In this document: piece by piece, positions 28,882-38,405 of the stretch
Numbering within the stretch: the stretch's first letter is position 1
Layout: each line of letters opens with the position of its first letter
Assembly: GCA_046292385.1 (NCBI GenBank)
Contig: JBKBRF010000025.1
Location: 33,662 to 97,661, forward strand
Length of the DNA: 64,000 nucleotides
From: Armatimonadota bacterium
GTDB taxonomy: Bacteria; Armatimonadota; SYMT01
Direction of reading: 5' to 3'
The notes under the pieces: model-generated
Database searches by the model: none
Told to the model about the DNA's origin: nothing
Seen by the model: the letters and a program-made list of their open reading frames with translations, nothing else
Translations under genes and position numbers: made by a program

Positions 28882-30228
28882 ATGATCGACAAGCAACTGC
28901 CACGGCGGACGTTCCTGCGTGGGATGGGGACCGCCATGTCCCTCCCGCTGCTGGAGGCGATGCTCCCGTCCTCCGCGCTCGCCGCGCCGGACGTGAAGAA
29001 GGCCCCCCAGCGGATCGCATTCCTCTTTGTGCCGAACGGCGTGCACATGCAGGACTGGACGCCCAAGACCGAGGGCAGCCTGGAAGAACTGCCGTTCGTG
29101 CTGGAGCCGCTCAAGGAGATCCGGCACAAGGTCTCCGTCCTGACCAACCTGACGCACGACAAGGCGCGGCCGAACGGCGATGGCCCGGGCGACCACGCCC
29201 GCTCCGCCTCCGCGTTCCTGACCGCCTCCCAGCCGCGGAAGACGGCCGGGGCGGACATCCACGTCGGCGTCTCCGTAGACCAGGTGGCGGCGAAGCATAT
29301 CGGCCGCAACACCCGCTTCGCCTCTCTCGAGCTCGGCTGCGAGCGGGGCCGGCTGGCCGGCAACTGCGACTCCGGGTATAGCTGCGCCTACTCCAACGCG
29401 ATCTCCTGGCAGTCCCCCACCACGCCGGTGGCGAAGGAAGTCGACCCCCGCCTCGTCTTCGAGCGGCTCTTCGGGAGCGGCAGCAAGGAGAGCGCCGAGG
29501 CGCGGGCCAAGCGCGAGCGGAACCGGCTGAGCATCCTCGATTACGTGATGGACGACGCCAAGCAGCTCCAGAAGCAGCTCGGCGTGAAGGACCAGCAGAA
29601 GCTGGATGAGTACTTCACCGGCGTCCGCGAGATCGAGAAGCGGATCGAGCTGGCGCAGCAGGGGCAGAGCACCGTGAGCGCCAGCGGCTACACCCCGCCG
29701 AGCGGCATCCCGAAGGACTACGCGGAGCACCTGCGGCTGATGGCAGACATGATGGTGCTGGCGTTCCAGACCGACCAGACCCGCGTGCTCACCTTTATGC
29801 TGGCCAACGAGGGGAGCAACCGGCCGTACCCGATGCTGGAGATCCCGGACGGTCACCACGACCTCTCGCACCACGGCGGCGACAAGGTGAAGCACGACAA
29901 GATCCGGCGGATCAACCGGTTTCACGTGGAGACGCTGGCCTACGCGCTGCAGAAGCTCGACAGCATCAAGGAAGGCGACCAGACGATTCTCGACAACTCG
30001 ATGATCGTCTACGGCTGCGCGATCAGCGACGGCAACCGCCACAACCACGACGAGCTGCCGGTCCTGCTCGCGGGCCGCGGCGGCGGCTGGATCGACTCCG
30101 GGCGGCACATCGTCTACCAGGACGAGACCCCGATGGCGAACCTCTTCGTCACGATGCTGAACCGCGCGGGCGTGAAGACCGACGCCTTCGGCGACAGCAC
30201 CGGGCCGCTCGACATGCTCGACAAGTAG
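28882..30228 (+). CDS. DUF1552 domain protein (Tat-type leader)
   Basis: RRTFLRG.G.AMSLPLLEAM, PNG, SVDQV, PR.VFERLF, HHDLSHH, SDGNRHNH..LP. Confidence 0.92.
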   Translation: MIDKQLPRRTFLRGMGTAMSLPLLEAMLPSSALAAPDVKKAPQRIAFLFVPNGVHMQDWTPKTEGSLEELPFVLEPLKEIRHKVSVLTNLTHDKARPNGDGPGDHARSASAFLTASQPRKTAGADIHVGVSVDQVAAKHIGRNTRFASLELGCERGRLAGNCDSGYSCAYSNAISWQSPTTPVAKEVDPRLVFERLFGSGSKESAEARAKRERNRLSILDYVMDDAKQLQKQLGVKDQQKLDEYFTGVREIEKRIELAQQGQSTVSASGYTPPSGIPKDYAEHLRLMADMMVLAFQTDQTRVLTFMLANEGSNRPYPMLEIPDGHHDLSHHGGDKVKHDKIRRINRFHVETLAYALQKLDSIKEGDQTILDNSMIVYGCAISDGNRHNHDELPVLLAGRGGGWIDSGRHIVYQDETPMANLFVTMLNRAGVKTDAFGDSTGPLDMLDK

Positions 30229-30250
30229 TCGAGCCGGTAACGACGCACTG

Positions 30251-30299
30251 AAGAGGCCGTGCCCGCCGGGTGATCTCCCGCGCGGGCACGGCCTCTTTT
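30251..30299 (+). terminator. Intrinsic terminator
   Basis: AAGAGGCCGTGCCCGC...GCGGGCACGGCCTCTTTT. Confidence 0.8.
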
Positions 30300-30357
30300 C
30301 GTCTCCGGCGGAGCTCCCCGCCGTCCATCACCGGCAGCCCGCCGTCGGGCGGGTTGC

Positions 30358-30675
30358 TCACGCTCCTCCGAGTGTCTTGAACGGGTCCGGCTCGACCTGG
30401 CGCCGGTCATCCTCGCCGGACGCGAAGGCGTCGATCCGCTCCTGCCGCGCCGCTTCCCGGAGGCGCTGCTCCTGCGCCGGGCCCGGGCCGCCCAACCGGC
30501 GCGGGTTGCGGCACATGTAGCAAGCGCACCGCTTCAGGTAATCGTGGGTGCGCACCGCTACTTCCAGCCTCTCCTGCGGGTCCTCGTAATTAGCCCTCAC
30601 AAAAAAGCTCCGTAGGGCGTGACGGATCATGCGGCGGCGATGATGCCGCCGGAGCGCCCGCGTTGTCGATTTCAC
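30358..30675 (-). CDS. Small basic protein with RRHHR and CxCxxC(R/G)NPR motifs
   Basis: MKSTTRALRRHHRRRM...CACYMCRNPRR; strong RBS GGAGGAGG. Confidence 0.7.
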   Translation of the reverse strand: MKSTTRALRRHHRRRMIRHALRSFFVRANYEDPQERLEVAVRTHDYLKRCACYMCRNPRRLGGPGPAQEQRLREAARQERIDAFASGEDDRRQVEPDPFKTLGGA

Positions 30676-30906
30676 ACGGCCTCCTCCGTACGGGAGCGCA
30701 CCGGGATCGGCACGCTCCCTGCGTACGGCAGAGGCATCTGAGATGAAGCGCCAAGCGACTTCTCCGGACCTTGCGGCTCCTGATCAGGGGTGGGGAGCCG
30801 TAACAAGACAGACCAACGGGATTCTACCGTCACTCTGACGCGGAAACACCCGGACGTACGGCTGCACCTCCGGCAGGGGGCGGAGGCGACGTCGGCCCGC
30901 AGCGGG

Positions 30907-31272
30907 TTACGGTGACGCGGCGGGGGCTGCGGAGGCGCCCAGCGCCCTTACGTAACCGACCAGCGCGTCGAGCTCGTCCGGCTTCAACCGGTCCTTGAAC
31001 GCCGGCATCACCTGCTCCCGGCCTCCGGAGATGATCGCCCGCAGCTCCGCCTCGGAGCGCTGCGCCGCCCCCGTCAGGTGCATCTCCGGCTTGCCGCGGC
31101 GGCCGTCATCCCCGTGACAGCCGGCGCAGTGGAGCGCGTAGACCTTCGCGGCGACCGGACGCCCCGCCGCGTCCCGCGTGCTGGTCCGGCTGCAGCCGGC
31201 CAGGAGCAGGAGCACGCTTGCAAAGCTCCCCGCCGCACCCACTACCCACCTCGATCGACGATTCACGAACAC
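30907..31272 (-). CDS. Monoheme cytochrome c lipoprotein
   Basis: Lipobox LLAGC, CAGCH heme motif, VMPAF axial Met. Confidence 0.88.
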   Translation of the reverse strand: MFVNRRSRWVVGAAGSFASVLLLLAGCSRTSTRDAAGRPVAAKVYALHCAGCHGDDGRRGKPEMHLTGAAQRSEAELRAIISGGREQVMPAFKDRLKPDELDALVGYVRALGASAAPAASP

Positions 31273-31493
31273 CGCTCCCCCGTCCAGGCGCCGCCTCTTC
31301 CATCTTACCCTCGCCGGGCACGTGGGCGAGAAGCTCGCCCGGCTGCCGGTGGGAGCGCCGGAGATAGAGACCGCCTGCCTTGCTGCCAGAATGAGTCTTG
31401 CCGGCGAGCGCGACCGGCCCCGAACCCGGGCCGCCGATCGGATCCTCTCCGACCGCCTGGCTGCCCGGATGGGAGCCGAGCGAGTGTAGCGGA

Positions 31494-31522
31494 TTGCAAA
31501 AAGATTAATCTGCCGCTATCAT
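31494..31522 (+). promoter_or_regulatory. Sigma-70 promoter for the S8 protease, with palindrome in the spacer
   Basis: TTGCAA-N17-TATCAT; AGATTAATCT palindrome at 31502-31511. Confidence 0.55.
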
Positions 31523-31580
31523 CTAGAGGTTCTTCTCCTCTCCCCGTTCCGTCGGCCGCATCAGGAGCCAGGTTGTACCG

Positions 31581-33467
31581 ATGTTGAAGCCTACCCGGAC
31601 GTCACGGTTCTTCGTCTCCCTCTGTCTCTCATTCTGCGCCGCCGCCCTCACCGCGACGCTTCCCGACACTGCCCGCGCCGGAGTCCCCGCGGCTCCCCCG
31701 GCGCCGGAGCAGGTACGGGAGCTGATCGTGGCGTACCGCGGTAACCCGGCGCACTCCGGACCGGTGGCGCAGGCCGCCTCCGCCTACGGGCGCGTCGTCT
31801 CCGCCCAGCCGCACCTCGGCACCTACCGCATGGAGCTGCGCGCGGACGTCTCCCCCTACGCGGTCGCCGAGCGGCTGCGCAGCCGGGGCGACGTGCTTTA
31901 CGTGGAGCCGAACTACAAGGTGCGCGCCTTCGCCGTGCCCAACGATCCGTACTTCGCGTCCGAGCAGACCGCGCCGCAGCGGGTCCAGGCGCCCGCTGCC
32001 TGGGACCTGGTCAGCCCAGCCCGGCAGGTAGTGGTGGCGATCGTCGACACCGGCGTGGACGGCACGCATCCGGATCTCCGCGACGTGATGCTCCGGGATA
32101 GCGCGGGCAGCATCCTCGGCCACAACGCGATCACCGGGGGCAGCAACGCCAAAGACGACGAAGGGCACGGCACCCACTGCGCCGGGATCGCGGCGGCGAC
32201 CACCAACAACGCGGTCGGCATCGCGGGGGTGGCGGGCTGGAGCCCGAAAGGCGGACGCAATCAGTTCGTCCGGATCATGCCGGTGAAGGTGCTCGACGAG
32301 ACCGGCGAGGGCACGGTGGCGGACGTCGCCCGCGGCGTGATCTGGGCGGCAGACATGGGCGCCAACGTCATCAGCCTGAGCCTCGGCAGCCCGAGCCGCT
32401 CGATTACACTGGACAACGCGATCGACTACGCCTGGAGCCGCGGGTGCGTGATCGTGGGCGCCGCCGGCAACGAGAGCACCTCGGCGTACTCCTACCCCGG
32501 CGCCAGCCCCAACGTACTCGCCGTGGCGGCGACCGACAACTCGGACCGCCTGACCAACTTCTCCAACTACGGGTCATGGGTCCACGTGGCGGCGCCGGGG
32601 AAGAGCATCCTTTCCACGCTGCCGAACTCCGGCTACGGCTACGCCTCCGGCACCTCGATGGCCGCGCCGCTCGTGGCGGGGCAGCTCGCGCTGCTGATGG
32701 CGCAGAAGGCGGACCTGACGAACGCGCAGGCGGTCGCCGCGGTGGTCCAGAACACCGATCCGTACACCCCCTACTCCGGACGCACGCTTAGCCCCACCGC
32801 GGGCCGCGTGAACGTGCTTCGCGCGCTCCAGTCGCTCACCAGCGCTCCGGCGCCGGTGACGCTGAGTTCGGTGACGCTCAACCCCTCCACCCTGATCGGC
32901 GGGACGCCGTCGACCGGCACCGTGACGCTCTCCGCCGCGGCGCCGAGCGGCGGGGTTACCGTCTCGCTCAACTCCGGCAACCGCGACTACGTGGCGGTTC
33001 CCGCGCAGGTCGTGGTGCCGCACGGCGCCACTACGGCGGGCTTCACGGCCAACACGGCGCGCGTCTCCGCGCAGCTCGCCACCGCGGTGTCGGCGACCCT
33101 CGGCACGTCGACCGTGAGCTCCACGCTCACGCTGCAGCCGCAGCCGGCCGCCCCCGCGCAGGGGCTCCGGGAGGTGCGCGTCGATACCAGCTACACCCGC
33201 CGGGGAGCGCCGCGCTACGGCCTGTTCGTGACTCTCTCCTCGCCGGCGCCGAAGGGAGGCGTCACCGTGACGCTGACGAGCAGCAACTCCCGGCTGCTCC
33301 GCGTCCCCGCGCGACTGCGCTACCCGCAGGGCACGAACGAGGCGCGCGTCCGGCTCTCGGTCCGCAACGCCCGCAAGGTAGCCGACGTGACGGTCACCGC
33401 CCGGCTGGGCGAAAGCGAGGAGAGCACCGTCGTCTCGCTCGGCCGCTCCAGCCGCCGAGGGCGCTGA
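31581..33467 (+). CDS. Subtilisin/thermitase-like S8 serine protease with two C-terminal Ig-like domains
   Basis: VAIVDTGV, GHGTHCAG, AAGN, SGTSMAAP; signal peptide and propeptide. Confidence 0.94.
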   Translation: MLKPTRTSRFFVSLCLSFCAAALTATLPDTARAGVPAAPPAPEQVRELIVAYRGNPAHSGPVAQAASAYGRVVSAQPHLGTYRMELRADVSPYAVAERLRSRGDVLYVEPNYKVRAFAVPNDPYFASEQTAPQRVQAPAAWDLVSPARQVVVAIVDTGVDGTHPDLRDVMLRDSAGSILGHNAITGGSNAKDDEGHGTHCAGIAAATTNNAVGIAGVAGWSPKGGRNQFVRIMPVKVLDETGEGTVADVARGVIWAADMGANVISLSLGSPSRSITLDNAIDYAWSRGCVIVGAAGNESTSAYSYPGASPNVLAVAATDNSDRLTNFSNYGSWVHVAAPGKSILSTLPNSGYGYASGTSMAAPLVAGQLALLMAQKADLTNAQAVAAVVQNTDPYTPYSGRTLSPTAGRVNVLRALQSLTSAPAPVTLSSVTLNPSTLIGGTPSTGTVTLSAAAPSGGVTVSLNSGNRDYVAVPAQVVVPHGATTAGFTANTARVSAQLATAVSATLGTSTVSSTLTLQPQPAAPAQGLREVRVDTSYTRRGAPRYGLFVTLSSPAPKGGVTVTLTSSNSRLLRVPARLRYPQGTNEARVRLSVRNARKVADVTVTARLGESEESTVVSLGRSSRRGR

Positions 33468-33549
33468 CGCGCCGCCGGAGACAGAAAGACAGAGAGCATA
33501 GAGGGACGGAGCGCTGGCGGGAGGCAAACCCTCCCGCCAGCGTCCCTCA

Positions 33550-34368
33550 TTAGCCTGAAGTCAGCCGCAGCTCCGACTCGGACTGGATCTGCGTGCCGGT
33601 GGAGCCGAGCAGGATGCGGTCTACGCCGCGCCGGATCCGGCTGGCCGGCAGCGCGTAGACCGGGGTCGACGTCTCCTGCCGATCCCGGTCCCCCACCGCC
33701 ACCGCCAGGCCGAGCAGCTCGCCGCGACTGTTGATCAGCACGCCGCCCCAGGGTCCCGGCGAGTCCGCCACGCGGGCTTCCAGCGCGCGCCCCAGCGGCC
33801 CGGTCTCCACGTTCGCACTGCTGAGCCGCCCGGTGGCCAGCGCCACTTCACCGCGCTTCCAGGTCAGCAGCCCCACGGCCTGGCCGGCGCGCTCCTCGCA
33901 CGGAGGCGCCAGCGCCACGCCGTCGATACCGGCGGGCATGTTCGGGATGCGCAGCACCGCCACGTGGTTCCGCTCGTCGGTCGCCAGCACCTGGGCCGGG
34001 GCGCGCTTTCCGTGCGAGAAGCTCACGTAAAGGGCATCCGCGCCGCGAACCAGCGCCAACGGGGTGAAGACGTAGCCGCCCTGCGTTACCAGCACCCCCG
34101 TGCCGCGGTGGAACCGGGGTCCGTCTACCCCCGCGGTCAGCGCGTAGACCGTAAGCAGCGCCGAAGCGGCCTGCCGCCCCGCCTTCTTCAGGCGCTGCGC
34201 CTCTTCCGCTGCCACCGCGGCGCTCGCGCGCGGCTTGCTGCTCTCCCCGGCGCCGTCCGCGTGGGTTGCCGTCGCCGGCCGCGGAATACCCGGCGCCAGC
34301 ACGGAGAGCCCGAGCAGCGCGCACAACCCGGCGCGGTACGCCACCTTCCCGGCCAGGCCCATCTTCAT
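33550..34368 (-). CDS. Trypsin-like (HtrA/S1C) domain protein, catalytic residues degenerate
   Basis: GTGVLV...GYVFT, A.VLATD...VAVLRI, GG.LINSRGELLG; His and Ser motifs replaced. Confidence 0.7.
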   Translation of the reverse strand: MKMGLAGKVAYRAGLCALLGLSVLAPGIPRPATATHADGAGESSKPRASAAVAAEEAQRLKKAGRQAASALLTVYALTAGVDGPRFHRGTGVLVTQGGYVFTPLALVRGADALYVSFSHGKRAPAQVLATDERNHVAVLRIPNMPAGIDGVALAPPCEERAGQAVGLLTWKRGEVALATGRLSSANVETGPLGRALEARVADSPGPWGGVLINSRGELLGLAVAVGDRDRQETSTPVYALPASRIRRGVDRILLGSTGTQIQSESELRLTSG

Positions 34369-34841
34369 CCTCGTCCCCCAAATCCTGTGTCGTTCTCCGG
34401 ATCCTCTTTCGCGGGATCCGCTGGTTGTCCCGACCGGCTTATCCCCGCGGCGGGCAGATTTCACGCGGCGGAGCCCCCGCGCGGGGCGGAAAAAACTTCT
34501 TTAGCAGCGGCGGCAAGCTGCTCTATACTGCGGACAGAGCGCAAGACGGCGGATCGACCGCCGGGTTCTGCTCTACTCTTTCGACCTAACGGAGGGCGCA
34601 CATGCACGGAGCCACAGTGATTGCCGCGAACCAAGGCACCACAGGTCATCCCGGCCGCATCGTCGCCCTTCACGCCTGATCCGCTCCCCTTCGGGGCTCG
34701 GCTCTCACAACCTGGCGACATGCCTGGACCGGCTCCGGCGCTCCTCTAGCGAGGCGCTCCCGGCAGCGCGTCGGTCCGCGGGTGACCTGTCCCGCGGACC
34801 GTTTTTGCGTTTCTGGAGTGATCGGCTGGAGAGTGTCCGGA

Positions 34842-35381
34842 ATGAACGATTGGTTCGAGAGAGCGAGCGGGGGCGACCGCCGGGCGACCGCCCGGGTGGT
34901 AGACAGCCTGCGCCCGCGACTGGAAAAAATGGCGGCGTACTACGCCCGGCGCTGCGGTGAAGACGCGGACGACCTGCTGCAAGAGGCCTGGATGGGCGTG
35001 CTGGAGGCGATCCCGGCGCTCGACGTCCGGATCGGCAGCCCGCGCCAGCACCTGCTGAAGCGGGCGAAGTGGCGCCTCCTCGACTCCGTAAAGCGCGCGA
35101 AGGTGCGCCGCTGCGCCCCGCTGGACGAGGACCTGGCTCGCTGCCCCGATCCCGCCGGCGAGCCGGAGCGGGCGGCGGAGGTCTACACCTCCGAGTTCAT
35201 GGGCCAGCTCACGGCGAGGCAGCGGGAGGTGGTCGACTGCCTCCTCGCCGGCATGACCTGGCGCGAGGCGGGAGACGCGCTCGGCTGCACCTCCGCCAAC
35301 GTGGCGTATTACATGCGGCAGATCCGTACGCGCTACCGCACCTGGAGCGCTGAAGATCGCTTTAGCGCCAGAGCGCGGTAA
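34842..35381 (+). CDS. Small sigma-70 family factor (ECF/SigH-like)
   Basis: DADDLLQEAW.GVLEA, LTARQREVV..LL.GMTWREAGDALG. Confidence 0.85.
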   Translation: MNDWFERASGGDRRATARVVDSLRPRLEKMAAYYARRCGEDADDLLQEAWMGVLEAIPALDVRIGSPRQHLLKRAKWRLLDSVKRAKVRRCAPLDEDLARCPDPAGEPERAAEVYTSEFMGQLTARQREVVDCLLAGMTWREAGDALGCTSANVAYYMRQIRTRYRTWSAEDRFSARAR

Positions 35382-35525
35382 TGCGACAGGGGGAATGGCG
35401 GGGTGAACTCCTCCCGCAGAAAGGGGGTGCGGACACCGATGAAGAACTCAGGTTCCGCCCCGGAGAGGGGGCGCCGGTAACCGGGCTGCCTCCCGAACGG
35501 GAAGCGGTCAAAGTCCGGACAGAGC

Positions 35526-35564
35526 GGGGGGAGGGTCGTCGCACGCCGGCGGCCCTCCCCCTTT
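35526..35564 (+). terminator. Intrinsic terminator
   Basis: GGGGGAGGGTCGTCG...CGGCGGCCCTCCCCCTTT. Confidence 0.65.
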
Positions 35565-35640
35565 CCACATGTCCCGCCCCCAGCCTGTAGCACGTTGAGT
35601 AACTACTCTCTCGCGGCGATAATCCACCCGGGGGATCGAA

Positions 35641-36006
35641 ATGAGCGTAACGGACCTCACTACCCTGGTGGAAGTCGAACCGGACCACCCGATCATCGAA
35701 CGACCGTGGGAGTACCGTGTTATCGGTCTCGACTACCAGATCCCACTGGACGAGTCGCCCCCATACCTCGACCTGACGCTGGCGAAGGGAGACTCCCTCC
35801 GGCGGCTGCGGTTTCTCTGGCCGAGAGACCTGCACATCGAGAGGGGCTTTCCAGCCCGTACCGGAGGGATGCAGATCGTGGACGTCAGCGCTCGGGGCCT
35901 GGAAGGCATCCGCGTCTGGGTCCGGGACATTGAAGCCAGCCCTGGGGCGGTGGAGTTCTGGGCGGCGGAGGTGATCGACCTCGACAGCCCGCCGGAGGTG
36001 CCCTAA
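35641..36006 (+). CDS. Hypothetical protein (immunity-protein-like)
   Basis: 121-aa acidic, beta-rich ORF; family not firmly identified. Confidence 0.7.
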   Translation: MSVTDLTTLVEVEPDHPIIERPWEYRVIGLDYQIPLDESPPYLDLTLAKGDSLRRLRFLWPRDLHIERGFPARTGGMQIVDVSARGLEGIRVWVRDIEASPGAVEFWAAEVIDLDSPPEVP

Positions 36007-36065
36007 CCTTCTCCGGGCAAAGGTTCTGGAGAGTGGTGAGCAGAGCGCCCCACCCGGAGTTCACC

Positions 36066-36512
36066 ATGCCGAAGCGCCCCCCGAAGTCGGTCGCCCTGGT
36101 TCCCGACGACTACGCCGCCCGACACGTGGGGTGGACCGAAGACGGGCGCCAGTTCTTTCTCACCACCCCATTCGTGCCGGCGGTGGCCAGTCCCGGCCGG
36201 GAGTTCCTGGCGCTCTACCTCTTCGACAAGGATGGAGCGCTGCTCGAAGCGCGGATCGAAGACCTGGGCACCCGCGCGGAGCTGGACGAGGAGGTCGCGC
36301 GGCGGAAGCACGAGGAGCTGCTCGCCTCGCTGGGTCGGGTCCGACGACGACGGATCAAGGTCGCGCCGTTCCGGTTGGAGCGGTTCGGGGTGGAGTTCGG
36401 CTTCATCCCGCAGGCGCCGGAAGACCCGGACGACGACTGGAGCGTGATCGTGGAGCCGGGCAACTACATGTGCTTCCGGCCGCCCTGGTCGAGCGGGGAA
36501 TACGACACGTAG
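36066..36512 (+). CDS. Hypothetical protein
   Basis: GGAG RBS then ATG; host-like codon usage; ends PPWSSGEYDT. Confidence 0.75.
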   Translation: MPKRPPKSVALVPDDYAARHVGWTEDGRQFFLTTPFVPAVASPGREFLALYLFDKDGALLEARIEDLGTRAELDEEVARRKHEELLASLGRVRRRRIKVAPFRLERFGVEFGFIPQAPEDPDDDWSVIVEPGNYMCFRPPWSSGEYDT

Positions 36513-36564
36513 AGCCACCCTGATACGGGAGGCAGCTTCCACTCTCCAGAGAGGACGAAATCCG

Positions 36565-36996
36565 ATGCTCGTCCGGATGACCGAAAAGGAGCCTCCCGCG
36601 CGGAGCTCTCGGGCGAAGGGTCTCGGCGCTCTCCTGGCCGGGCTATTGCTCCTGCTCGCCAGCGTGTTCGCGGTGGGCGCCTACCTGTGGCTCGGTCCGG
36701 CCCCACTGCGCGCCGGCCCGTACCTGGTTGCGGGACCCAGCCACAGCCTCCCTATCCCCGGTGGGCAAGGCTACGCTGTTAGCGCTATCAGGGATCGAAG
36801 CGGCTACGGAGTGTCCAGCGTCTCCATATCAACTCCAGGCGGGTCAATGCATCCGGTCCTGGATCGCGTGTGGAACTGCGGCCCCTTCTCAGTCTGGAAG
36901 GCGGGCACCATCCCTCGCGGTCAGCAGATCACCCGCATCAGATTGACGCGATACGATCTCCGTTCTCGGTCCCGCCCGGCAAACGGGGGACAGTGA
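36565..36996 (+). CDS. Hypothetical membrane-anchored protein
   Basis: Single N-terminal hydrophobic helix; lower-GC 3' half. Confidence 0.55.
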   Translation: MLVRMTEKEPPARSSRAKGLGALLAGLLLLLASVFAVGAYLWLGPAPLRAGPYLVAGPSHSLPIPGGQGYAVSAIRDRSGYGVSSVSISTPGGSMHPVLDRVWNCGPFSVWKAGTIPRGQQITRIRLTRYDLRSRSRPANGGQ

Positions 36997-37070
36997 CCTT
37001 TAGCCCAACACGACCGCACCGAGAGGGTGGCGATCACACCAGCCGTGCCTGACGAGAGCCGTGGAGATCC

Positions 37071-38180
37071 TCACTTGACGGCGGCTTTTCCGATAGGAAC
37101 TGTCCCTGCCAGCCTGCCGGATGCAGCCTGACGCAGGTAGAACCGGTACTCGTTGAGTGGGAGCCCCCAAGCCGGGATCCAGCTGAAGCCCGGCGGCACC
37201 TGCAGCTGGGGAACAGGCGCACCGGCCGCGGCTAGCTCCGCCACCTGTCTCTCCAGCTCCTCGAACGGAGGCGCGACGACCTGGTTCCTTACCCGCACAA
37301 TCCCAAGCCCAGCCGACCCCCATCCACGCGTGACAATCGTTTCCTCGCCGTGGTCCTCCGGACGCCAGTCTCCGTTGGGGGCCTGCACGTGCCTCGGGGA
37401 CGGATTCGTGAACAAGATGTAGTCACCGCCCACCACGAGCGGCGGAAAGCGGCGGCCGCCGCAGTTGGTTGAACTGTAGCGGCCAACCGGCCAGCGGAGG
37501 CGAACATACCGCACAGGCCGGGCCTGGCTCGACTTCAGCTCTTCCGCTACCTGAACCACGTAGCTAGCCCACTGTTCCCGCGTCTCACACTCAACTCGAA
37601 GATCACTCACCCCCATAATGCGGCCGAGAAACACGTGACTCGAGCTGCCCACCAATACCCCCAGGCTTGGGATGTTCCCCTCTATCCGCGGCATGGCAGC
37701 GACATCACTCCCTCTCCCGGTCGAGATCTCTTTCGGGTCGATCCCCCGCGGCAGCTGCTGGAGCAGGCGCACCAGGTCTGCTGCCGTGCGGTACCGGGAG
37801 CTCCCCGCAGCTTGCCACTCAGACACGACCGCCGGCGCTTCCCAGAGCTGGTACGTGCGCTGCTCCGAGCCGCGGAAGAGCGTCACTTCCCAATCCGGTT
37901 CCATCGTTGGGGGAGTCCCAGTCAGCGGACGTGCTGTCGTGAGCGCAGTCTCGAACGCAGCCGTGTCGGACGACACGCGCAGCTGCCGATCCGGCCCTCG
38001 CCCCACCGCAATGAGAGACGACGCGGAGTGGTCCGGTCCCGGTGCTCTACCCGCGCTCTCCCCAGCACGTGCGAGCACCGGATCCGCCTCGGCACTGCTC
38101 CTCGCGGCAGTACCGGGTAAACCCATCAGCACTCCGATGCTCAGCAGACCCACCACGCAGAGCGGTCGTCTCCCGATCAT
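37071..38180 (-). CDS. Hypothetical secreted protein with OB/TIMP-like C-terminal segment
   Basis: Signal peptide from ATG 38180; LV.SSSHVFLGRI...V.EELK...LVVGGDYILF pattern. Confidence 0.6.
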   Translation of the reverse strand: MIGRRPLCVVGLLSIGVLMGLPGTAARSSAEADPVLARAGESAGRAPGPDHSASSLIAVGRGPDRQLRVSSDTAAFETALTTARPLTGTPPTMEPDWEVTLFRGSEQRTYQLWEAPAVVSEWQAAGSSRYRTAADLVRLLQQLPRGIDPKEISTGRGSDVAAMPRIEGNIPSLGVLVGSSSHVFLGRIMGVSDLRVECETREQWASYVVQVAEELKSSQARPVRYVRLRWPVGRYSSTNCGGRRFPPLVVGGDYILFTNPSPRHVQAPNGDWRPEDHGEETIVTRGWGSAGLGIVRVRNQVVAPPFEELERQVAELAAAGAPVPQLQVPPGFSWIPAWGLPLNEYRFYLRQAASGRLAGTVPIGKAAVK

Positions 38181-38405
38181 CTCATCCCACCTCCCGCTGG
38201 CAGAGCTGCGACGCCAGTTCAACCGGCCGATCCGGCGGCACGGGGTAGAGTTCAGCGGGACCAGCATGGTTCCTCTCCGTTAGGGATAGTGGAAACATTG
38301 CGGTGGCGCTGAGCGTCTAAAGCCTCAAATCAGGGCGCGGCTCCAGCGCCACCGATCCCTTCTCCGAGGGGCCGCAACGGAGCGGCGCGGTTAGCCGAGA
38401 ACGAC

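Noticed and set aside
36997..38405. Integron attC sites around the low-GC genes
   Set aside because: Isolated GTTRRRY/RYYYAAC words without paired partners or L boxes; no integrase
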